A DNA stretch of 43,735 nucleotides from a virus. Below, piece after piece: positions 22,164 through 32,241 of this stretch. Within the stretch, counting starts at the first letter, position 1; every line of letters starts with the position of its first letter. Location: IMG/VR virus record IMGVR_UViG_3300045988_010188. One strand, given 5' to 3'. Below the pieces are notes generated by a model. It saw only the letters and a program-made list of their open reading frames with translations. It did no database searches and had not been told where the DNA came from. Both the position numbers and the translations under genes were made by a program.

Positions 22164-23594
22164 ATGAGAGCATTATTTGGGCGCAGAGTGATCTATACGG
22201 ATGTGACAGAGGTCACGACGGGCAATGTGATCGACGTGCTGCAAAAGGCCCTGTTCGTCCACCTACAGAATCAGGCGGACATTGACTATCTCTATCGCTA
22301 CTATCGGGGCGATCAGCCGATTTTGAATCGGGAGAAGGACGTTCGGCCGGAGATCAACAACAAGATTGTGGAGAACCGGGCCAATGAGATCGTGTCCTTC
22401 AAGGTGGGCTACCTGATGGGCGAACCGGTACAGTATGTGAGCCGGGGCGACAACGAGGGCATTGCAAAGAACGTAATGCGGCTGAACGATTACGTTATGA
22501 GCGAGGATAAGCCCGCCAAAGACAAGGAATTGGCGGACTGGTTCCACATCTGCGGCACATCGTACCGGATGATTCTGCCGGACGATATGGCGGACGTGGA
22601 TGAGGATGAAGCGCCGTTTGAGGTTTTCACCCTTGACCCCAGGTACTGCTTTGTGGTGTACTCCACCGCTTTGGGCAATCCGCCGCTGATGGGCGTGAAA
22701 TACATCCTGAAAGAGGACGGGACGCTGGTTTTCAGCTGCTATACGCAGGATCACTACTACGAGGTCAACAACACATGGGCCATCCTGCACAGTGAGCCGC
22801 AGTATCTGGGTATCCCCATTATCGAATATCCCGCCAACAAGGCAAGATTGGGCGCGTTTGAGATCGTGATCCCGCTGCTGGACGCCATCAACACGGTGGA
22901 GAGCAACCGTCTGGACGGCGTGGAGCAGTTTGTTCAGGCGCTGATGCTGTTCCACAACGTGGACATCTCCTCGGAGGACTTCGGGAACCTGAAAGAAATG
23001 GGCGCGATCAAGTTCAAGGACATTGACGCGCAGACAAAAGCAGAGATTCAATATCTGACCTCGGAGATGAATCAGGCGCAGACACAGACGCTGGTGGACA
23101 GCATGTACAACACAGTGCTGACCATCTGCGGTATGCCAAACCGGAACGGCGGTTCTTCCACCTCGGATACCGGCTCTGCCGTGATCATGCGGGACGGCTG
23201 GTCGGCGGCGGAGGCGAGAGCCAAGGATTCGGAGCTGATGTTCAAGCGGTCGGAAAAAGAGTTTTTGAAGCTGCTTCTGCGCATTTGCCGCGATCTTGGC
23301 GATCTGTCGCTGAAGCTTTCGGGTCTGGAAATCCGGTTTACCCGGCGGAATTACGAAAACATCACGGAAAAAGCCAACGTGCTGACCATGATGCTTTCCA
23401 ACCCCAAGATCGCGCCGGTGCTGGCCTTTACCCACAGCGGCCTGTTTTCCGATCCGCAGCTTGCTTACAAGATGAGTATGGAATATATGGAAGAACAGGA
23501 ACGGAAACAGGAGGCGGTCAATGCAGGAGATCAAACTGTCGGAGGCGGCGGTGCAGGCAATCGAGCAGATACTCAACCGCAGACACAGGGTTGA
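22164..23594 (+). CDS. Portal protein (SPP1 gp6-like).
   Basis: Size, position after terL, and YLYRYYRGDQPIL...NNKIVENRANEIV. AAAGGAG RBS before ATG 22164. Confidence 0.85.
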   Translation: MRALFGRRVIYTDVTEVTTGNVIDVLQKALFVHLQNQADIDYLYRYYRGDQPILNREKDVRPEINNKIVENRANEIVSFKVGYLMGEPVQYVSRGDNEGIAKNVMRLNDYVMSEDKPAKDKELADWFHICGTSYRMILPDDMADVDEDEAPFEVFTLDPRYCFVVYSTALGNPPLMGVKYILKEDGTLVFSCYTQDHYYEVNNTWAILHSEPQYLGIPIIEYPANKARLGAFEIVIPLLDAINTVESNRLDGVEQFVQALMLFHNVDISSEDFGNLKEMGAIKFKDIDAQTKAEIQYLTSEMNQAQTQTLVDSMYNTVLTICGMPNRNGGSSTSDTGSAVIMRDGWSAAEARAKDSELMFKRSEKEFLKLLLRICRDLGDLSLKLSGLEIRFTRRNYENITEKANVLTMMLSNPKIAPVLAFTHSGLFSDPQLAYKMSMEYMEEQERKQEAVNAGDQTVGGGGAGNRADTQPQTQG

Positions 23595-23670
23595 GATCGG
23601 CGTGAGGAATGGAAAGCTCTGCATCTGGGAAGTGAAGTCAAAAACAGAATACGAACAGCCAAACGCATAG
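23521..23670 (+). CDS. 49-aa ORF overlapping the portal 3' end.
   Basis: CAGGAGG RBS. Translation MQEIKLSEAAVQAIEQILNRRHRVEIGVRNGKLCIWEVKSKTEYEQPNA. Confidence 0.35.
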   Translation: MQEIKLSEAAVQAIEQILNRRHRVEIGVRNGKLCIWEVKSKTEYEQPNA

Positions 23671-23680
23671 GGCGTTTGGG

Positions 23681-23734
23681 ACAGCCAAAAGGGGCTATCG
23701 GTACGGAAAACGTATCGGTAGCCCTTTTTCTTTT
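23681..23734 (+). terminator. Terminator-like hairpin, copy 2 of the repeated element.
   Basis: ACAGCCAAAA, then GGGGCTATCGGTACG-gaaaa-CGTATCGGTAGCCC, then TTTTTCTTTT. Confidence 0.65.
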
Positions 23735-23864
23735 GTTTCTTTCACCCAAACGGGTGTTTGGCGGCAGAGAAGCCGCCTTACCAAAAACGCAAAACGGGAG
23801 AGAACCGACATAACGCAGCATGGTGCGGAGATGCACCCTAAAAAGCGCAGAAAGGACAGACATT

Positions 23865-24434
23865 ATGCCTAAGATCGACACCAGCAAAATTGAGGGCTTT
23901 GCCGACATGACGGCGGAGCAGAAGCTTGCCGCACTGGAAAACTACGACATCCCGGAACCGGACTACAGCGGCTATGTGAAAAAGGACATCTACGACAAGG
24001 CAGCCTCGGAGGCGGCTTCGTGGAAGAAGAAGCACAACGACCTTCTCTCTGACGAGGACAAGAAAAAGCAGGAGCAGGACGAGCGTGTTTCCAGCATGGA
24101 GAAAGAGCTTGCAGAGCTGCGGGAGGCCAAGACGGTTTCGGAATACACGGCGAAGTTCGTTGCCCAGGGCTATGATGAGGCGCTGGCAAAGGACACGGCA
24201 AAGGCGCTGGCGGACGGCGACATGGCGAAGATGTTTGCCAACCAGCAGCAGTTTCTGGAAAACCACGCCAAGCAGGTCAAGGCGGAGGCGCTGAAAAAGA
24301 CGCCCCGTCCCGGCGCTGGCGTTGGCAGCGAGGGCGTGGATTACGCCAAAAAGGCCGCAGAGGCCCAGAGTCTGGGCAATTACGCAGAGGCGGCCTATTA
24401 CACCCGCCTGCAAGCGCAGGCCGAATCTAAATAA
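23865..24434 (+). CDS. Scaffolding protein.
   Basis: Alpha-helical, charged, Ala/Lys/Glu-rich protein between the portal and capsid genes. Confidence 0.7.
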   Translation: MPKIDTSKIEGFADMTAEQKLAALENYDIPEPDYSGYVKKDIYDKAASEAASWKKKHNDLLSDEDKKKQEQDERVSSMEKELAELREAKTVSEYTAKFVAQGYDEALAKDTAKALADGDMAKMFANQQQFLENHAKQVKAEALKKTPRPGAGVGSEGVDYAKKAAEAQSLGNYAEAAYYTRLQAQAESK

Positions 24435-24449
24435 AAGGAGGCCAAGTAA

Positions 24450-25481
24450 ATGGCTGATACTTTCGCAACTAGTTTTGGAGTGCTGAACTACTCCGGCATG
24501 CTCTTTAACAAGGGCAATACCCGCACCCCCCTGAGTTCCATCATCGGCGGCAGAGCCAAGACCACCAATCATGTGGAGTTCGTGACCGGTCAGGAGTACA
24601 CCACCGGCGGCGGCACTCAGCCCGCCATCAGCGAAACTGCGTCCCTGACCGCGCCAGATGCTTCCGTTATCACCCGCGAGCAGAAGACCAATGTGACCCA
24701 AATCTTTATGGAATCTGTTGGCATCTCCTACGCCAAGCAGAGCAACATGGGCACCCTGAGCGGCATCAACATCGCCAACCAGCAGGCAAATCCCATGAAT
24801 GAGCTGGATTTCCAGGTGGCTGCCAAGATGCAGAAGGTGGCACGCGACATCGAGTACACCTTCGTCAACGGCGTGTACAGCAAGGCTACTACCGATGACA
24901 CCATCAACAAGACCCGCGGTCTTGTGACCGCCATCACCACCAACACCAAGGCAATGGGTTCTAAGCCGCTGGGGCTGTGGGACATTGCCGACATGGTAAA
25001 GAAGATTTACGGCAATAACGCGCCCCACGAGGGTCTGACATTGTGGTGCGACGCCACCACCATGTTCCAGATCAACGCCGACGCCGTGCAGAACGGCCTG
25101 ACTGTGGTTCCCGCCGCGCGGGAGATCAACGGCATCCGGCTGTCCAGCGTGGTGACACCTATCGGCGTGGTGTATTTGTTCCTTGGCGAGTTCCTCCCCG
25201 CCGGTACGGCGCTGCTGCTGAATCTGGACGTGATCGCCCCCGTTTATCAGCCCGTTCCCGGCAAGGGCAACTTCTTCCTGGAGCAGCTGTCAAAGAACGG
25301 CGCAGGCGAGAAGTACATGCTGTTCGGTCAGATCGGCCTTGACCACGGCCCCGAGTGGTATCACGGCAAGTTTACGGGCATTGCCCAGAGCTTTACCGCA
25401 CCTACCTACAGCCGCAGCGTGTTCATCGCCAACGACGCGAACAACCCCGTGAACACCAAGGCGGTCGGCGTAGGCGGTTGA
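24450..25481 (+). CDS. Major capsid protein.
   Basis: 343 aa, immediately after the scaffold gene, with a strong RBS AAGGAGG. Confidence 0.8.
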   Translation: MADTFATSFGVLNYSGMLFNKGNTRTPLSSIIGGRAKTTNHVEFVTGQEYTTGGGTQPAISETASLTAPDASVITREQKTNVTQIFMESVGISYAKQSNMGTLSGINIANQQANPMNELDFQVAAKMQKVARDIEYTFVNGVYSKATTDDTINKTRGLVTAITTNTKAMGSKPLGLWDIADMVKKIYGNNAPHEGLTLWCDATTMFQINADAVQNGLTVVPAAREINGIRLSSVVTPIGVVYLFLGEFLPAGTALLLNLDVIAPVYQPVPGKGNFFLEQLSKNGAGEKYMLFGQIGLDHGPEWYHGKFTGIAQSFTAPTYSRSVFIANDANNPVNTKAVGVGG

Positions 25482-25507
25482 TTGTGAAGAAAGGATAGGC
25501 GGAAAGC

Positions 25508-25825
25508 ATGAGTATCGACGAAATGGCCGCAATGGTCAGCACCATGACAGGCGAGAACGATCAGGACGTGCTTTCCGCCTATCTGGCTATCGCGGGAAAC
25601 AAGGTGTGCCGCAAGGCGTACCCCTATGACCCGTCTGTGGCGAAAGTACCGGAACAGTACCAGCACATTCAGGTGGAGATCGCCGTGTATCTGCTGAACA
25701 AGCGGGGAGCCGAAGGACAGACCGCCCACAGCGAAAACGGCGTGAACGCCACCTATGAAGACGGCGATGTGCCCCCGTCTCTTTTGCGGGACATCGTACC
25801 GTTCGCCGGTGTGATCGGAGGGTGA
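25508..25825 (+). CDS. Head-tail connector (gp6/gp15-like).
   Basis: Size, position and pattern. Confidence 0.55.
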   Translation: MSIDEMAAMVSTMTGENDQDVLSAYLAIAGNKVCRKAYPYDPSVAKVPEQYQHIQVEIAVYLLNKRGAEGQTAHSENGVNATYEDGDVPPSLLRDIVPFAGVIGG

Positions 25826-25826
25826 A

Positions 25827-26201
25827 ATGAAGATCATGGAGCGCAACAAGGTGCCGCTTTACTACCTACTTTACGACCGCAAGGAGACTGTGAGGGACGA
25901 ATACGGCAACCTGTCCGGCGATTACAAGATCTTTTATAAGCCAGCCGCAAAGCTTCGCGCCAGTGTGTCAACCGGCGCAGGGAGCGCACAGGTGGAGCAG
26001 TTCGGGAATTTCGTGTCCTACGACAAGGTGATCATCACCGACAATCTGAAATGCCCCATCGACGAAAACACTGTCCTCTTTCTGGACAAGAAGCCGGAAT
26101 ATCGGAAGGACGGAACGCCGCTGTATGACTACATCGTAAAGCGGGTGGCGAAGTCGCGGAATTTCATTTCCTACGCGGTGCAGAAGGTGAGTGTGTCGTG
26201 A
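25827..26201 (+). CDS. Head closure or adaptor protein.
   Basis: Position in the head-tail joining block. Confidence 0.45.
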   Translation: MKIMERNKVPLYYLLYDRKETVRDEYGNLSGDYKIFYKPAAKLRASVSTGAGSAQVEQFGNFVSYDKVIITDNLKCPIDENTVLFLDKKPEYRKDGTPLYDYIVKRVAKSRNFISYAVQKVSVS

Positions 26202-26719
26202 AAACGATTCAAGTGCCCTTGAGCGTGCCCGGCATCAGGAAACTTCTGAAAGAGGTGTCCTCTTACGAAGTCTGGTTGAAGGAGCGGACAGGAATCTTCA
26301 TTGACCGGCTGGCGGAGGAGGGGCTTTCCATTGCGTCAGCCAAGTTCTCGCAGGCGGTTTATGACGGCACAAACGATGTTTCCGTTTCCGTGGAGCAGCG
26401 GGAGGGCAACGCAAAGGCCATTGTAGCCATCGGGGCTTCTGTTTTGTTTATCGAGTTCGGCACCGGCGTGACCTATCCGGACAACCATCCGGAAGCTCAT
26501 GAGCTGGGCATGACGCGGGGCACCTACGGCAAGGGACACGGAAAGCAAAGCTCGTGGGGCTATTACGGGGAGCCGGGAACAAACGGCCTTGTGAAGGAAA
26601 AAACCAACGGCACAACGGTGGTCATTACCCACGGCAACCCGGCCAACATGCCCATGTATGAGACGGTGAAGGAACTGGAGTCCAGAGTGTACACGCTGGC
26701 GAAGGAGGTGTTTGTGTGA
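26198..26719 (+). CDS. HK97 gp10-like tail-component protein.
   Basis: IEFGTGV motif and position. Confidence 0.5.
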   Translation: MKTIQVPLSVPGIRKLLKEVSSYEVWLKERTGIFIDRLAEEGLSIASAKFSQAVYDGTNDVSVSVEQREGNAKAIVAIGASVLFIEFGTGVTYPDNHPEAHELGMTRGTYGKGHGKQSSWGYYGEPGTNGLVKEKTNGTTVVITHGNPANMPMYETVKELESRVYTLAKEVFV

Positions 26720-27117
26720 TCGACATCGAAAATGAGGTTTACGGGCCAATCGCGCAGGCGCTGACGAAAGCCTATCCAAAAGTGACTTCCACAAGCGAGT
26801 ATGTGGCGGCTCCCTCCAGTTTTCCCCACGTCAGCATTGTGGAGCAGGACAATTACATGCCTACGGAGCGGATGGATTCCTCTGACACGGAACGGTTTGC
26901 CGCGCTGATGTACGAGGTGAACGTCTATTCCAACAAATCCCCCGGAAAGAAAGCGGAGTGCAGGGAGATCATGAGCTTTATCGACAAAATGATGTATGCC
27001 CGGAATTTCCGGCGCATTTCCCTGTCCCCCATCCCCAATCTTGAAAACGCAAAAATCTACCGTCTTGTGGCCCGGTACCGGGCGGAAACAGACGGAACGA
27101 AATTATACAGGAGGTAA
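26716..27117 (+). CDS. Tail completion or terminator protein.
   Basis: Position just before the major tail gene. Confidence 0.45.
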   Translation: MIDIENEVYGPIAQALTKAYPKVTSTSEYVAAPSSFPHVSIVEQDNYMPTERMDSSDTERFAALMYEVNVYSNKSPGKKAECREIMSFIDKMMYARNFRRISLSPIPNLENAKIYRLVARYRAETDGTKLYRR

Positions 27118-27122
27118 GAAAC

Positions 27123-27554
27123 GTGGCGATCTCTACTTACAAAGTATTTCTGATGCACAAGGGTTCTTCGGAAGCCTCTTATACCAAGCTGATCGACATC
27201 AAGGAGTTCCCTGATCTGGGCGGCGACCCCGAGATGCTGGAAACCACCACCCTTTCCGACAAGATGCAGACCTACATTGCCGGTATCCAGTCTCTGGATG
27301 GCCTGAGCTTCACGGCCAACTACGATCTGACCAATTTCAAGGCGCTGAAAGCGCTGGAAGGTAAGAACGAGAAGTACGCCGTGTGGTTTGGCGGCACGGA
27401 AACCGCCGGTACGCTGACACCCACCGGAAGCGACGGAAAGTTCTCTTTTGACGGCCAGCTGACCGCGTATCCCACCGGAGGCGGCGTCAACGAGGTGGTG
27501 GACATTGGCATCACCATTGCACCGTCCACGCCCATTCAGCTTGAGGAGGAATAA
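27123..27554 (+). CDS. Major tail protein.
   Basis: 143 aa, GTG start after a GGAGG RBS. Precedes the chaperone pair and the tape measure gene. Confidence 0.65.
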   Translation: MAISTYKVFLMHKGSSEASYTKLIDIKEFPDLGGDPEMLETTTLSDKMQTYIAGIQSLDGLSFTANYDLTNFKALKALEGKNEKYAVWFGGTETAGTLTPTGSDGKFSFDGQLTAYPTGGGVNEVVDIGITIAPSTPIQLEEE

Positions 27555-27557
27555 GAC

Positions 27558-27896
27558 ATGGCAAAGACAATGACCATTTCCGGCGCGAAGAACGGCAAGA
27601 CGTACCTGCTGGAGTATACCAGAAAGACGGCGGCTCAGATGGAATCCAGCGGCTTTGACATCAACAAGTTGCCCGATCAGCCCAACATCATGATCCCGCT
27701 GCTGTTTTCCGGCGCGTTTCTGGCAAACCACAGGGACACCAAGCAGGCCACGAAGGATGAGATTTTTGCCAAGCTGTCCCACAAAGACGAGCTGGTGATG
27801 GCGCTGGCGGAGATGTACAACGACACCGCCATGACGCTGCTCTCTGATCCTGAGGAGGGTGAAGAGGGAAACCCGACGTGGAAAGTGGGTATGTAA
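27558..27896 (+). CDS. Tail assembly chaperone (G-like).
   Basis: Position, and a slippery site near its 3' end. Confidence 0.75.
   Translation: MAKTMTISGAKNGKTYLLEYTRKTAAQMESSGFDINKLPDQPNIMIPLLFSGAFLANHRDTKQATKDEIFAKLSHKDELVMALAEMYNDTAMTLLSDPEEGEEGNPTWKVGM
27866..27872 (+). promoter_or_regulatory. -1 programmed ribosomal frameshift heptamer G GGA AAC.
   Basis: The X XXY YYZ pattern lies in the 0 frame of 27558-27896. The -1 frame is open through to 28339. Confidence 0.75.
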
Positions 27897-28339
27897 GCGA
27901 CCTGTTTTCCGAGAATGGAGGGGGTGGGGACGACCCCGCCCCCTCGTTTGCTTACACGAATGTTTTTAAGAAGGTGTTCCCGTTCTATCTGTCAATCGGC
28001 ATGAGCTATGAACAGTTCTGGGAAATGGACGTGGAGCTTGTCACCTACTACCGTAAGGCTTGGAAACTGAAGCGGGACATGCGAAACCAAGACCTGTGGC
28101 TGCAAGGCGCATACATCTACGAAGCGCTGCTGGACGTGGTGCCGGTGATGCACGCCTTTGCCAAGAAGGGCGCGAAGCCTGTTCCGTATCGTGATAAGCC
28201 CTATGAGCTATACGACAGGCCGGAGGACAAGAAGAACGCGGAGCAAAACGCAGGGGACAAAAAGGCCAAAGCGTATATGCAGATGTTTGCTTTGGCAATA
28301 AACAAGAAATTTGAGAAGGGCGGTGGCGCAAATGGCTGA
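27878..28339 (+). CDS. Frameshift extension of the tail assembly chaperone (GT-like product, 27558-28339).
   Basis: ORF in the -1 frame with no RBS of its own. Ends just after the tape measure start. Confidence 0.7.
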   Translation: MESGYVSDLFSENGGGGDDPAPSFAYTNVFKKVFPFYLSIGMSYEQFWEMDVELVTYYRKAWKLKRDMRNQDLWLQGAYIYEALLDVVPVMHAFAKKGAKPVPYRDKPYELYDRPEDKKNAEQNAGDKKAKAYMQMFALAINKKFEKGGGANG

Positions 28340-31300
28340 AAATGTGGAGCTGCAAGGCCTTGAATTTAAAATTTCCAACGACAGCGCCAGCGCCGAAAGC
28401 GGTATTAGCCGGCTGAAAACCGCGCTGGAAAACCTGAAATCCGCCACGCAGGGCGGCACAACAGGCTTAAAAAACACGGCGAAGGGCATCGCGGCTATTT
28501 CCAATGCGGTGAAGGGGCTGGATGTATCCCAGAAGCTGTCGAATCTGGCGGATTCCCTGTCTAAGCTGAACGGCATCCGGGATCTGAAGATTTCCGCCTC
28601 TATCGGCAACCAGCTGTCGGCCATCAGCACGGCGGTAAACAGCGTACAGGACACAAGCGGAAGCAAACTGGAAGCGCTTGCCAACGGCTTACGCCCCCTG
28701 TCTGAACTGGGCAAGTCTCAGATGGGCAGCTTTATCAATCAGTTGAAAAAGCTGCCGGAAGTGATCTCGGAGCTGGACAAGGCGGACATCGGGAAGTTTG
28801 CCGATCAAATGGCCCGCCTTTCCGCTGCCATGAAGCCGTTTGCGGATGAAATGCAGAAGGTTTCCGCCGGTTTTTCGTCTTTCCCGTCGCGTATCCAGAA
28901 GGTCATTTCTTCTTCGGACCAGTACAACAACGCCATGAAAAAGGCCACGACGCAGACCAACGGGTTCGGCCTTGCCATCAAGGGCTTAAAATTCGCCACG
29001 CTGCTGTATGCATTCCGAAAGGTGGCAAGTTTTTTGGGTTATGCCATCACAAAGGCGGGCGAATATCAGGAGGATTTGAACCTGTTCACCGTGTCGATGG
29101 GAGAATACGCGGAAGAAGCCTATCGGTATGCGCAACAGGTCTCCGAGGTGATGGGTATTGATCCGGCGGAGTGGATGCGGAATCAGGGCGTGTTCAACAC
29201 CATTATTTCCGGCTTTGGTGTGGCGGCGGATAAGGCAGCGTTCATGTCCAAAAACCTGACGCAGTTAGGCTATGACATCGCATCGTTCTACAACATCAGT
29301 TTCTCGGATGCCATGCAGAAGGTGCAGTCCGGCATCGCGGGTGAGCTGGAACCTCTGCGGCGATTAGGCTACGACCTGTCTGTGGCGAGATTGCAGCAGG
29401 AAGCGCTGAATCTGGGCATCACAAAAAGCGTTTCTGCCATGACACAGGCAGAGAAAGCGCAGCTGCGCTACTACGCCATGATGACGCAGGTGACGCAGGT
29501 GCAGGGCGATATGGCCCGAACACTGGAAAACCCCACCAACATGCTGCGCGTACTCAAGGCGCAATTGGAACAGGTGGCGAGAGCCATCGGCAACCTGTTT
29601 ATTCCAATTTTGACAAAGGTACTCCCCGTGCTGATTGCATTTGTCAAAGCACTGCGAGAGATCATCGCGGCTATCGCGGCACTGTTCGGTGTGACGCTGG
29701 AGGAGCCGGAATGGAAAAACGGTTTTTCCAATGCTGCAATGGGTTCCGGGGACATTGCAGACAACCTGAGCGATGCCACGGATTCTGCCAAAGAATTAAA
29801 GCGATATCTGGCTGGCTTTGACGAGCTGAATGTCTTACCGGATCAAACGAAAAGCGCATCGGGCGGCGGCATTGGTGGCATTGGCGGCGGAGACTTAGGC
29901 ATTGACCTACCGGGATATGACTTTCTCGCAAACGCCGTCAGCAAAAATATCGACATGTGGCAAAAAAAGTTTGAGCCGTTTGTGAACTTCGTAAAAGAAA
30001 ACCTCAAGGATATTCTGGCAACCGTGACCTCTATCGGAGCCGGGATTCTGGCGTGGAAGGTGTCGAAAGATTTCCTAACAGCACTGAAAATGCTGAAAGA
30101 CCTTCGCCCGAAGAACTTGAAGTTCTCTATTGACTTCCCCGTATTGGGGCTGTCCATGTTCCTTGCCGACATGAGGGAATTTGAACGGTATCTTCGTGAC
30201 TTCATGGACAACGGTGCGACCTTCCAGAATGTCGCAAGTATGATAAGCGAGTTCTCCGGTATGGTTGGTGACGCTTTCATTGTTCTCGGCAATGTGAAGC
30301 TGGGCGGCGCATTGAAGGTTGTTCAGGGCATCGGTGAGATTGTGGCGTCCGTTGAGGACATTTCTGAAAACGGCGTGAATTGGGATAACGCTCTGACTGC
30401 TATAAGAGGTTTGACCGACATCGCAATTGGTATCGAAGTGCTGACCGGTAACATCAAAGCTGCAGGTTGGGCAGTTGCCATTCAGGGTTTAACTACCGTT
30501 GTTCGTGAGTTAGCTGATAATTGGGACGCTATTAAGCGATTGGATTTCAGTGGTGTGGATAAGGTAACACTGATCGTGGGCGCTCTGGAAGTTCTTGGCG
30601 GTTTGGCTGTTGCCCTTGATTGGTTTTCCAAACTGAAAGGCATCACTAATGCGGGAGAGTCTGTCACGGCTGTTCAGCAAGTCACAGAAGCAACAAGTGG
30701 GTTGGAAACAGCGACCGGAAACCTCTCTCCGAAACTCAGCGGCCTTGCCAAGAACCTTGGACTTGGAGTGGTCGTTATGGCGGAAGTCGCAGCGGGGGCG
30801 ATTATTTTTGTAGGTGCTATCGCCATCCTCGGCTGGGAATTGGGGAAGGTGAAAGACGCATGGCAACCCGTGATCGACAACGCCGGGACTGTTGCAATCG
30901 CTGTTGGCGTTGGAGCCGGATTGTTGACGGTCATTGGTGTGGCCTGTTACGCGCTCGGTTCTCTGGGAGGTGCTGTAGCGCTCAACATTGGAATCGGTAC
31001 TTTGATTTTACTGGAATTGGGTGTTGCGGCAGCACTGTTTCTCGCAGAAATCTGGGGTATCGGTAAAGCTCTCGACGAAATTGGGCAGGCATGGCAGCCT
31101 GTTTTGGACAATGGTGAGACGATTGCGACCGGAATTGGACTGGGAACAGCTCTGCTGGTGGGAATCGGCGTTGTAACTGCCGCTCTCGGTGTGGCTACGG
31201 TGGCAACCGCTGGCTTGCTCCCTGTGGCAATCGGGCTTGGTACTGCAATCCTTGTAGAGCTGGCGGTGGCGTTTGTTGCGTTCACCGAAAGCCTTATTGC

Positions 31301-32228
31301 CGTGGCGGACGAAATCAACAACAATCTGTCTCCCGCTCTAAGACGGCTCAACCCGAAACTCCCAGTATTGAAATCCGATATGTATGACTTCACGGTGTAC
31401 ATGACGGATTTTGCCGAAGCCGTTTCTTTGTACACAAAGAGTATGGGAAAGGTTACGTGGGATAGTATTGTCACCGGATTCCAGCGGCTTTTTGCTAGAA
31501 ACCCCATCGGTAGCCTTGCAAATGACGTCAACGGGATTTACACCGATGTCTCGACTCTGAATGCTAAGCTTACGCTGGCAAATCCGGAACTGGTATTGGC
31601 AGTACAACTCATGACCAGTTACGTTGACCTCATGAATCAACTGCAAGTGTTGGTGCAGAAGGGGCATGATGCTAGTGGGTTGCCGAGTGATATGTTTACC
31701 AACATGAGAAATGTTGGAACTAATCTGGTAACAGGCTTTGTAGCGGGTATTGACTCTATGCGAATCAGTCTCTCCGACAGAATTTCCAGCATCACTCTCT
31801 CCATTTCCAACAGTTTTGCAAATGCCGCTAATAGCGCCTGTTATTCCATTCAGCGGATTATTCGACAGCTGATGGAGATTCCGGGAAGCTTTGGCATTTC
31901 GATGGAAGTTTCCGCTTACGGTTCTGGTATTCAAGCCTATGCGGACGGCGGGTTTGTGGACGAAGGGCAGCTGTTTATCGCACGGGAAGCCGGTACAGAA
32001 ATGGTCGGCTCTATTGGCAGACGGACGGCTGTTGCCAACAACGACCAAATTGTAGAGGGCATTACCTACGGTGTACGGGAAGCTAATGACGATGTTGTTA
32101 CTGCGATTTACGCTGTTGCCCAGCAGATTATCGGCGCAATGCGAGAACAGAACGGCGGGAACGGAAGCTTTGACCTCGGGGCGTATATCGCACGGCAGCA
32201 GCGTGAAACCGCCAGAATGAACGGATAA
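28332..32228 (+). CDS. Tape measure protein.
   Basis: About 1,298 aa, helical, with Gly/Ala-rich TM-like stretches. Located after the chaperones. Confidence 0.9.
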   Translation: MAENVELQGLEFKISNDSASAESGISRLKTALENLKSATQGGTTGLKNTAKGIAAISNAVKGLDVSQKLSNLADSLSKLNGIRDLKISASIGNQLSAISTAVNSVQDTSGSKLEALANGLRPLSELGKSQMGSFINQLKKLPEVISELDKADIGKFADQMARLSAAMKPFADEMQKVSAGFSSFPSRIQKVISSSDQYNNAMKKATTQTNGFGLAIKGLKFATLLYAFRKVASFLGYAITKAGEYQEDLNLFTVSMGEYAEEAYRYAQQVSEVMGIDPAEWMRNQGVFNTIISGFGVAADKAAFMSKNLTQLGYDIASFYNISFSDAMQKVQSGIAGELEPLRRLGYDLSVARLQQEALNLGITKSVSAMTQAEKAQLRYYAMMTQVTQVQGDMARTLENPTNMLRVLKAQLEQVARAIGNLFIPILTKVLPVLIAFVKALREIIAAIAALFGVTLEEPEWKNGFSNAAMGSGDIADNLSDATDSAKELKRYLAGFDELNVLPDQTKSASGGGIGGIGGGDLGIDLPGYDFLANAVSKNIDMWQKKFEPFVNFVKENLKDILATVTSIGAGILAWKVSKDFLTALKMLKDLRPKNLKFSIDFPVLGLSMFLADMREFERYLRDFMDNGATFQNVASMISEFSGMVGDAFIVLGNVKLGGALKVVQGIGEIVASVEDISENGVNWDNALTAIRGLTDIAIGIEVLTGNIKAAGWAVAIQGLTTVVRELADNWDAIKRLDFSGVDKVTLIVGALEVLGGLAVALDWFSKLKGITNAGESVTAVQQVTEATSGLETATGNLSPKLSGLAKNLGLGVVVMAEVAAGAIIFVGAIAILGWELGKVKDAWQPVIDNAGTVAIAVGVGAGLLTVIGVACYALGSLGGAVALNIGIGTLILLELGVAAALFLAEIWGIGKALDEIGQAWQPVLDNGETIATGIGLGTALLVGIGVVTAALGVATVATAGLLPVAIGLGTAILVELAVAFVAFTESLIAVADEINNNLSPALRRLNPKLPVLKSDMYDFTVYMTDFAEAVSLYTKSMGKVTWDSIVTGFQRLFARNPIGSLANDVNGIYTDVSTLNAKLTLANPELVLAVQLMTSYVDLMNQLQVLVQKGHDASGLPSDMFTNMRNVGTNLVTGFVAGIDSMRISLSDRISSITLSISNSFANAANSACYSIQRIIRQLMEIPGSFGISMEVSAYGSGIQAYADGGFVDEGQLFIAREAGTEMVGSIGRRTAVANNDQIVEGITYGVREANDDVVTAIYAVAQQIIGAMREQNGGNGSFDLGAYIARQQRETARMNG

Positions 32229-32241
32229 AGGAGGGACGCGC

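Noticed and set aside
22263-25028. Long minus-strand ORFs (22263-23624 and 23838-25028).
   Set aside because: They lie antisense to the portal, scaffold and capsid genes. Their composition is His/Arg/Leu/Val-rich, typical of antisense frames.
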